From NCBI GenBank assembly GCA_973851085.1, contig OZ316775.1, forward strand, positions 22,010,001-22,074,000: a DNA stretch of 64,000 nucleotides, in the 5' to 3' direction. Origin of the DNA: Ptychomitrium polyphyllum (taxonomy: Eukaryota). A program made the position numbers and the translations under genes. A model generated the notes under the pieces. It was not told where the DNA came from and ran no database searches. It worked only from the letters and a program-made list of their open reading frames with translations. Shown one piece after another: positions 55,134 to 64,000 of this stretch (within the stretch, counting starts at the first letter, position 1; each line of letters begins with the position of its first letter).

Positions 55134-58100
55134 GTAAATAGAAAGTGGTTTTCAAGGATTAATTTCTAAAGAACTAATGATTAACTAAAATTGATACAAA
55201 TACTAGGATAAAAATACAAAATAAATATAATTTATAACTTATATCAATAAGATTAAAATATACCTTATTTTACCTCCTATTTATACTATGATGCTTGTAT
55301 CTTATAGGATATTTCTAAAGAAGCTTCCTATGAAGCTTAAAAATATTTTTCAAAAGTCTATAAAACCTTTTTAAGAAGTTTTTTAAGGAGGTGAAACCTT
55401 CCTCAAAAATTTCCCAAGAAAATCGAATGGCTATAGAAGCATTCAAAGGATTCAATAAAGCTATTACAATGTACGAGAAGGTTTAAGAAGATTTTGAAGA
55501 CCATATTATATGATCTATGTCTGTAACAAGAATTACACAAATATAAATATTTATATCTTATTAGTAATTTTAGTTCTATTGGATGTTTTAAATAAGAGAT
55601 TTTTTGAAATAGTTAATTATTTATTGTTTAACTGAATTAATATGAACTTATGTAACTATAGATAGTAAATTAGCATAAAAACCTTCTTATTTTATTTATT
55701 TTAGTATAAAATATTAACTTTAGCAATTATTAAACACATGAATCAATTAGCCTTTATATTAATGATTGAATTGATCAACCTTCATATTGATGTGCAAGAT
55801 TGAAATATGTTACAAAGTTATTTGTTGAATTGTTGAAACTTTTTGGAACTTACATGACTATAACATTCATGAATGGAATTTTGCAAAGTTTTGAAGTCCA
55901 TCAAAGTACAAATGAACACCATTCCAACTAATTCATTCTCAAGTTGAAATAATGTTTTCATTTTGTTAACCACAATGCTATAACTTCCTATAATGAAAGG
56001 ACAAATGTTTAAAGTCCAATTTTTTTTTAACTCTCCAGTAAAAAGCACAAGACTTCAAAAGATAGAATTTATGACTGACCAACTTGACTCGTGCTATATT
56101 GATAATATTAATGTAGTAATTAGAAGCAGACTAATATGTAGGAGTACTTAGTTTTAAAATATTAATATATTTGTAAATTGTATCTTTTATAGTAAATGTA
56201 ATTCAAACATTAATTAGAAGAATGATAAACACATAAGAAAATATAAATTTTCTAAAAACAATAGGAAGATTTGGGCCTTACAAAATCTAGTTATAAGTCT
56301 TGAAATTTTATTAATTATTGCAATAAGATATTAATCGAATTCAGTAGAAATTTTATATGATGGTGATTAATAAAATGAAATGCCACCAACTACAGGCTTT
56401 ATTTAGTATATAAAAATGTATGACACAATAAAATATTTTACTCAAAAACATTTGTAGTATATAATACACAATTTATATAATCAGAAAAATGTTTTTTAAT
56501 AATGAATTATCCACTTTAAAGAACAAGATGGATGGATCCGAAGGCTTGAGTCTTACTATCGTCATATTGTTCCCTACTCCAGGCACTCACTCACCACCTC
56601 CTGAGTGATTTAAATAGAGAACACATTGGAAATCCCTGGAAAACAATGAGAATGATGTTGATTAGTGTTGCCATGAAAACGATCTTATTTCAGTACTATA
56701 TCAAGATTTTAAAATCTTGAACAGTTGGCATCTTTAGAAGGTTCAGCGAGCTATCAGTCTTCAAATCTTCAAATCACACTTTCATTTAAAGAAAAACAGA
56801 ATACTATGATTCTATTAAAGATGAAAAGTGATAGAGACGCAGGGGCAGTACGATGCATCCATGGCTTGTATGGCAACACATACATGGCTTATGATATAAA
56901 ATAAAAGTTTTTGCCTTCTCCCAAATTCTTACCATCAACGCACATGATGGTACGCAGTGAAACAAGAGTTCCAGCAACAAAGCACAGTGAAAACGCTCAG
57001 TAAGAACGCGACCGGGTCTCAACAGAAGCCAGAGGTTGAGAAAATTGGATGGTTCTACTGGAGCAGAGCTTGCCCTTCCTTCTACCCAAGTATAGTATTC
57101 ATGGTGCCATCATTTTGCCTGATTCCGTGCAGGGAACTCCCAAGGGAACAGAAGCGGAACCCAAGCGCACCCTCATGGGAACGTGGGGTCAGCTGAAGTG
57201 AGGAGTGGTGGGGAGATGGAGTTCAATAATGCTACCCAAAACTCTGACCTTTGCATGTGAGCACTGCGTTAGGACCATCACCCCACCTGTAACGCGCAAT
57301 TATCGTCACTGATTGCCAGACTGCAAATCCTGCACCTTCTTACTTCTTTTAATTTCCAGCTTGCTGCAACCCGCATGGTACATCTCTGTCGAGTTTCAGC
57401 TCAGGTGTGGCTATGGAGCTGGACCGCTGCAGGCTGGCTACTGAACCTTCTTGAGTGACCCCTCCGGACACCTTCCAACAGAATCATTCCATTCCCAAAG
57501 GTGTACTTCTAGTTTTGTCACAGCAAGGTCGACTCAAGTTTGACTCAAGTGTGAGGTTATTCATAAACCACCTCATCACTCTTTTAGCTTGTTACCACAT
57601 TCATTCACTGTCAGTTATTATTGCTTTCTTACATCTTAAGACACAGGTGACTCATAGTGCTAATTGCTGAAGAATGTTATGAGTTAGAGCTCCAGGAGGT
57701 CACGTAATTTCTACGTGGGAGTCTTATAAGGTCGGTGAGGATCTCTAGTTGAACACTCTGCCCGCCTGGGCGGTGATGAATTGAGCTCAAAATGCAGTTC
57801 CTGAACAATACCTCGTTGGTTTATAAGCATTATGTGGTCGATGATGTGCTTCGGGTAGGTGCAAACCGAATTTACATCACTGTGAGGTGGAGCAGGTCAC
57901 AGCCTGGCTCGGTTGGTTGCAGAGTAGAGTGGGAGCCATAATAGAACTCACAGGCTGGAAATGATTTTGTCGTGAGTGAGAGCTATTTTCTCTAAGGAGG
58001 TTTGTAGGCATATCTGGTATCTTTCCAGGACTTGCCTTACCTGCCAGTCTCTAAGACGATTACAGCAGCTTAGCTGATAGGTGAATCTCTTCACTGTTTA

Positions 58101-59231
58101 ATGGAAGGTGGATGTTCTTGACTACTTCTCTCGGCAATCCCAAAGTGAAATCTCTCGCAACGAATCTCTCAACATGGAATTATAGCATCAGCGAACAACT
58201 CCTTGCACTGATCGACCTCAATCGTGTGGCCCAGCTGCAGCTTTTACTTCAATAATTTTCAGTTTACCCTTCTCCGGATGATTCTGAGACCGAGGAAGGT
58301 CGTCAGTAGTGAGGGGCTCGACTCATAACTGGGATTTTTCTATTATTTATACACTCGGTAACTACCCTTCTTGAGCTTCATAATCTTCGAAGTTTTGAAC
58401 TTGGCCCTCACGTGACAACGTATGTAGGAAGCCGTTTGACTCCAGGTTGTTGTAATTGAATTCTATGCTTTCATTCCTTCAATCATCCTCTTACCGCTGC
58501 CGTTACAGTCGTTTCTAGTTCGTTTATGCTCCTGCGTAACAGTGCACGGTTACGACACCCCGGTGAAGACAAATACCTGGTTGCAAGCATAATTGTTGTA
58601 CAGATTTGTGTTGCCTGTTTAGGCTGAGCAGTACAGCTAGAGTTGTTCGGGAGAGGTCCTTGTTGAAAGTGAACTCTCTGATGTGCTGTGCAGTGCACTT
58701 CTAGTATAGCTAGCATGATAAGCATGTAAGAATATGATACAGCTGCATCATTATCCACCATTACCTGTGGTTCAGATTTGTGAGCATCTATAACCTGGCT
58801 TACTTGTAATTCTGTCTGCGGAGGAGCTCGCAGTGACCTAATTATAGGATGATGATCTTCACTCCACTACAGTGTAGACGAGTTGAGCATTGCAACTGAG
58901 TGAGTTAAGCTGAAGAAATCGAAGGAAAAGATTTTGTCGACAGATTCTGCTAATTGCTCTCTGTTGGTATGCGTAAAAACTTTCTTTCACCGTCTAAGCC
59001 GCACCTCTTCTTGCCGAGAACGACCAGGGTTTTTCGGCAATCCATAATCTGAAGAAGCTTGTGGTTTTTGATGAGCAACGCAGAGCTTCTCGTGAATATT
59101 TGATGATGAATATGGCGGGACTTGGAAGCAAAAGTTATGGGTTGCTTCTTCTTCTTGTGTTCTTGAGGGGAGATGAACAAGCAGTTTGAAGGTGGTAGTG
59201 TGAGTTAGTAGAGTTTTGTGGTGAGGCGATC

Positions 59232-62162
59232 ATGGCTATGGCGAAATATTCCAGAGTGGGGGAGAGGGGGAGCTCACCGACATTGATCATAGCAGGGTCA
59301 GTGTTGGTGGGGTTTTTCTTGATTGCCGTTTGGGTGTTCACAGCGCCTGCTGCAGTTCCGGAGCAAGTGGTAAGAGGAGAAGCAGTGGCTAACGTCCACG
59401 ACGCCCCGGAGACCGTCGTCAATCATTCACCCGCAGACTCTCTTGCGGACGCCTCAGAAACGAACGACGACACTCCCTATGATAGCGCTGTGGATCAACA
59501 CAGAGACCCTGCGGCTGTGGAAGAGATGCAGCCCACGGGCGACGCCGGACTTCCAGACAACATTTCAACCCAGGTTGAGCTGACGACGGAAAACAAGGAA
59601 ACGAACAAGACCGACTTCAAAACGCAAGCTTCAGAGTCAGAGGAGGAGAAGAGCCTCGTGACGGAAACCGGAACTGTTGGAGACAGTGATGCCACCCCGG
59701 TGGGTACCACTACCCAGGAAGGAAGTGCGAGTGTGTGGAAGGTTTGCAATTTCCAAGGCGCGCAGGACTTCATTCCGTGCTTGGACAATGAAGCAGCCAT
59801 CAAGAAGCTGAGATCGCGGAAGCACTACCAGCACAGAGAGCGCCATTGCTTTTCTGAAAAAGAGCTTCCTAAGTGCTTGCTGCCGTTGCCCTCAAACTAC
59901 AAGGCTCCAATCGCGTGGCCCATGAGCAGAGATCAAGTAAAGCCTAAATGCTTATTCCTCGCTCGTGATTTTTATTCAAGGGCTAGTTTATGAGATGTTC
60001 GGGCATACATTGTTTTGTCGCTGATTCTCCTGAAGTTTTCTGTCCAATTGCAGATATGGTTCAGCAATGTCCCGCACACGCAGTTGGTGTCCTACAAAGC
60101 AGATCAAAACTGGGTGAAGGTGTCGGAGGATCAGCAGAAGCTTATCTTCCCTGGTGGTGGCACGCAATTTAAGCAAGGGGCTATGCATTACATTGAGTTT
60201 CTTGAACAGACAATGCCTGAAATAGCGTGGGGGAAGCACACGCGAGTAATTCTCGATGTGGGATGCGGGGTTGCCAGCTTTGGAGGCTATCTTTTCGACA
60301 AGGGTGTGCTTGCGATGTCGATTGCTCCCAAGGACGAGCATGAAGCACAGGTGCAAATGGCATTGGAGCGGGGAATTCCGGCAGTTTCATCTGTCATGGG
60401 CACTCAGAGACTCGCCTTCCCAAGCAACGTCTTCGATGCTGTGCACTGTGCTCGGTGCCGCGTTCCATGGCATGTGGATGGTGAGTAGGATCGAAACAAG
60501 TATTTTTTATAATAGGAAGTGATCGGCTGGCATTAGGGTTTTCATGATCTGGTTTACTTTTTGTGTGGCAGATGGAATGCTACTCCTGGAGCTGAACCGC
60601 GTTTTGAGACCAGGAGGTTTCTTTTTATGGTCGGCTACGCCTGTTTATTGGAAGGATGACGAGAGCAAACAAATCTGGAGAGGTTTAAATCTACTTCTTT
60701 TAAATTTGCTTCTGTACCTTGAACTATTTATTGTCGTCAATACGCCTAATCAGCTTGACCGATTGTATTGCCCCAAGGCCTGTGTGTTTTGATCGGCTGA
60801 GTCGATCCAAAAAAATACGTGAATGAATGTCCTTTTAGGAAAATGTACCTCGTCAATTGTTGTTATTGAACTTCTCGTTTTCTATTGACATCTGTGATCG
60901 ATTCAATTCTTGCAGATACAAAAGCTATTACGGATAAGATGTCGTGGAAATTGGTTGCTAAGAAGAATGACCCAACCTCGAAGATCGGTGTTGCTGTGTT
61001 CCAGAAACCGAAAGACAACGACTTGTACGACCTTCGTATGCCTGGGGCTTCGCCACCATTCTGTGAAGCCGATGACAAGCCGGACGCCGCATGGTGTGTA
61101 AAGATTTTTCCAAACACTACGTTTTGCATGAACTAATGTGCAGGTTTGACACATATTTAGTAATTGAAAATTTTGGATTGATTTGCTTTGTAGGTATGTT
61201 CCAATGAATTCCTGTATACACAAACTCCCGACCACAGAGGGAGTACGGGCAACAAGCTGGCCGGCAGATTGGCCTCTCCGGGTCGAAGCAACACCGTCGT
61301 GGCTGAGCACTACTGAAAAGGGGATCTATGGCAAGCCTGTCACGGAAGAGTATCTGTCCGACACAGACCACTGGAAGCGGATCATCGAGAAGTCCTACTT
61401 ACAAGGCCTAGGCATCAAGTGGAGCTCCATTCGCAACGTGATGGACATGAAGGCTGGCTATGGAGGGTAGGGAGTCTCACTCTTTTTGCAACAAAGAGAT
61501 CCTCCCTGACGAATTAACTGGAGTTAATTGGTTGGCTACTTGTTGGATGTAATGCTTGTTGTTGAGTGATTGCTAGGTCATATGATTGGGTGATTGTGGA
61601 CACGCAGATTTGCAGCTGCTCTTGTGACACAGCCTGTGTGGGTGATGAACATCATCCCTGTAACGGAGCCAGACACTCTGCCCATCATATTTGACCGGGG
61701 CTTCATTGGAATGTACCACGACTGGTGTGAACCGCACAGCACGTATCCCCGTTCGTACGATCTTATGCACGCTGACCATTTGTTCAGCATACTCACAAAG
61801 AAGTAAGCTCAACACTTGCACTCTACTGATCAATAAATCTGCTATATTCTTACATGAACGTTTGGTCTTCGCAATACTTTCAGCTCGAAGACTTGTAAGT
61901 GCTATGAAAGTTATAAATTTGGATATTTTATGATGAATACTACAGGTGCAACATTGTGAATGTGGTGATGGAGATGGACCGCATTCTACGGCCGGATGGG
62001 TGGGCTGTCTTTCGAGACAGGGTGGAAGTGCTTCGGGAGATAGAGAACACAGTGAAGTCGTTGCACTGGGACGTCGTCCTTGCGTACACGCAGGGTGAGG
62101 AGGAGCTCCTTGTAGCGCAGAAGCGTTTCTGGCGACCTAATGAAGAGGCTTCTCGCAAATGA
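59232..62162 (+). CDS. Putative pectin/homogalacturonan methyltransferase, PMT family (DUF248/Methyltransf_29), type II membrane protein, about 701 aa, 7 exons
   Basis: Exons 59232-59936, 60054-60480, 60572-60682, 60916-61093, 61194-61466, 61608-61802, 61946-62162 (2106 nt in frame). N-terminal TM plus acidic stem, [95 protein letters not shown]. Confidence 0.95.
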
Positions 62163-63110
62163 TTTAAAAAAAAATCTAGTTTTTAAAGCTGATTCTGACC
62201 ACACGATTGCAAGGTTGAACCTTGTGCCAAAATTTACTGTCCAATGCCACAGAGCTCGTTCAACCAGGATGGAAGAAATAGGTCCAACTAAGAAACTGTA
62301 GCATCAACAACCTACTTCTTAGTTCATTGAATTTTAACTTAAAGTTTGTTAAAGTTTCTTTTTCCTATTGCATTTGAAGCTCAAAGCCCTGAAATTTCAG
62401 CATAAGCAGTAAGTCATGTGTTTCTATTGAGATATTTTTTCTAGAAGTTTGAGTAGCATGCCAAATTGATGAAAGATTTTTGCATTTGCTGATTAAAATG
62501 AGAGCTTGTTACAACTATTGACTGCACTTTTCCTGAGAGTGAGTGATCAGATCCATCAGTAAACAGAAAATCTAATATGCTTGGGAGGAAGCTGCTGTTG
62601 AGTAATTGAATGCAAGTTGTGCAAGGTCGCAAACAAAACTGCTAGGGAATACATTGAACACTTAGACTCTCTCTCTTTAGTACTGTATCGTTACCAAAAA
62701 AGAACAAACGGATACAACAAGAAAGAATATCTTTTTATTAGCATACTTATTTCTAGTTATAAGTATCAATATATCTATAAAGGAAGTTAAGTCAATTCTA
62801 AACTTTTGTAGTGGAACATTTTAATATTGTACTCATGAAAACGTCACATTTATATGTAACACTTTTCCTTAATTTTAATGAATGAATCATCAATATATTC
62901 TTAAACCTATTTATAAAGAACATTTTTATATGTCATATAATATGTTTTTACAAATATTGTGTTTACAATTGTAACTTTGTTGCCATTATCACAATGATCT
63001 AGAGGAAGAATTACAACTATATCCTTCAAGTGTTTATACATGCTCATGCTGTTGAAGATGTAAATAGTTACATTATTATTGAAAGTTCTGAAAGCTGCTT
63101 AGTCAACTGT

Positions 63111-63166
63111 TGTTAGGCTTGCCACAATAGTAACATTTGTTAGGCTTGCCACAATAGTAGACATGT
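63111..63166. repeat. Two-copy tandem duplication of TGTTAGGCTTGCCACAATAGTA
   Basis: Read directly from the sequence. Confidence 0.85.
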
Positions 63167-63586
63167 GGTGCAGGGCCATGAACAAGTGGCTGCGGTCGCG
63201 GACATAACAATGTAGTAATCCTCCTGGACAATGTCGTTGGCTATGTTACATTTCATTTCCCGCTGACATCATCGAATATTATGAGAATTACTTTAAAAAA
63301 GATTCTGCAGTACGCACTCCGCACTTTGATGTGCACACTTCCAATACCAAGTCTCTGATTTTCAGTATCCTTAGTCAATCAAATACATGCAAATAGTTCT
63401 CTGTAGCAAAATACAGAGGACATATTGTGGTGAAAGTATCGTGTCAAGCGTATAAGGAATGAGCAGCGAATGAACTGGAGCATGTGAGGCGGGTGGATGA
63501 GAATTCTGAACAACTCTGGTGTGGTCACCATTCTCGCCAGAGTTTGGTTTTCTGAGCTTCTATTCTCAATCACCTGGATGAGGTCA

Positions 63587-63949
63587 TCATAGCCTGATTC
63601 ATTTAAATGCAACCAAGTTTTGGATTCTATCATCTCTAGGTTGAGCATGTTTGAACAGTACTTTGAAATATTGCACATATGCTGCACAGGGAGGATTGAA
63701 GATGAATTTGTAAGGAAAATTGATGTGTCTATGTAGATCACTGTAGTATATATCATACTTTCTATTGTTTCTTGTACTTTGGTTACCGTTCTGACATTGG
63801 AATAAAGCATTTCCTTATTCAAAAGTTTGAAACAAAACCAGCACAGTATTGTACTCCTGAAGGAGCTGAATGAGGTACCAGCAACGGCGTTTTGGTGGGG
63901 AACTTGATATAGCACGAACAGACTGCGGGCCTGAACCGACGGGCTCAAC
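63587..63949 (-). CDS. Last two coding exons of an unidentified gene entering from the right edge
   Basis: On the minus strand: TTTGCAG acceptor, exon 63949-63879, GTACCT donor, intron, AATCAG acceptor, exon from 63593. The phase-0 reading gives ...VEPVGSGPQSVRAISSSPPKRRCWL* (stop 63589-63587). The frame cannot be fixed without upstream exons. Confidence 0.45.
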
Positions 63950-64000
63950 CTGCAAATTTCCGTATGAATTAGGCGCAAGTATTCCGTGTACAGTTGGAAA

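Larger units (their letters stand above)
43498..55528 (-). mobile_element. Element A: decayed full-length chromodomain Ty3/Gypsy LTR retrotransposon (Tcn1-like chromovirus) carrying nested insertions
   Basis: On the minus strand: 5' LTR split into 55528-55134 and 50083-50055; primer site 50052-50042; gag (ALSWFVSL...AEFHQLVCDLDWN) ~49700-49250; protease ~48950-48700; RT ~48500-48274 and 46968-46365 (VFEKKNADTL, MCMDY, KIDF, GHLEY, FANFYKIFIKDYS); integrase-chromodomain ~45575-44545 (MDFI, KKLDYQRL, HGVFHVSLLEPY, EYEVENFL); PPT AAAAGAAGAGGTGA 43895-43882; 3' LTR 43881-43498. Many stops. Confidence 0.88.

Noticed and set aside
56800..59230. Short ORFs in the 2.4 kb upstream of the PMT gene
   Set aside because: Consistent with promoter, long 5'UTR and UTR introns; no conserved uORF recognised.
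63379..63978. 199-aa minus-strand ORF taken as a single-exon gene
   Set aside because: It runs through an evident intron (63878-63594) and starts inside another; only the spliced exons are credible.

Overview
Eukaryotic plant genomic DNA with spliceosomal introns. Gene content, LTR families and the AT-rich decayed intergenic DNA point to a moss, most likely Physcomitrium (Physcomitrella) patens (inference). Six complete protein-coding genes were reconstructed on the + strand, each giving an in-frame spliced product: a bacterial/fungal-type Zn-dependent dehydrogenase (2757-5877), the ERD2 H/KDEL receptor (7794-9906), a signal-peptide LEA-like protein with a Tyr/Arg-rich low-complexity block and a C-terminal DUF4149/TMEM205-like membrane domain (12809-16606), an intronless secreted GH71 alpha-1,3-glucanase with a W-box-rich promoter (34305-35585), plastid-type Obg GTPase (38372-42244) and a PMT/DUF248 methyltransferase (59232-62162). 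The 3' end of an unidentified minus-strand gene lies at the right edge. 17.4-32.7 kb is an AT-rich relic zone holding a 752-bp near-perfect inverted repeat around an assembly gap, a solo LTR and a pogo/Tigger remnant. 43.5-55.5 kb is a multiply nested cluster of decayed chromodomain Ty3/Gypsy elements. The most interesting signals are: (1) the fungal-type GH71 gene as a candidate antifungal defence module; (2) covarying sequence evidence that both LTR families prime reverse transcription by Tf1-like self-priming rather than tRNA; (3) an apparently homologous extra ORF between integrase and PPT in both LTR families; (4) a shared GCCACTTGGCTG/RY promoter module linking the dehydrogenase and LEA genes; (5) a TATA-driven minus-strand small-ORF/lncRNA unit near 37.0-37.3 kb. 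No database searches were run; all family calls are from motif recognition.
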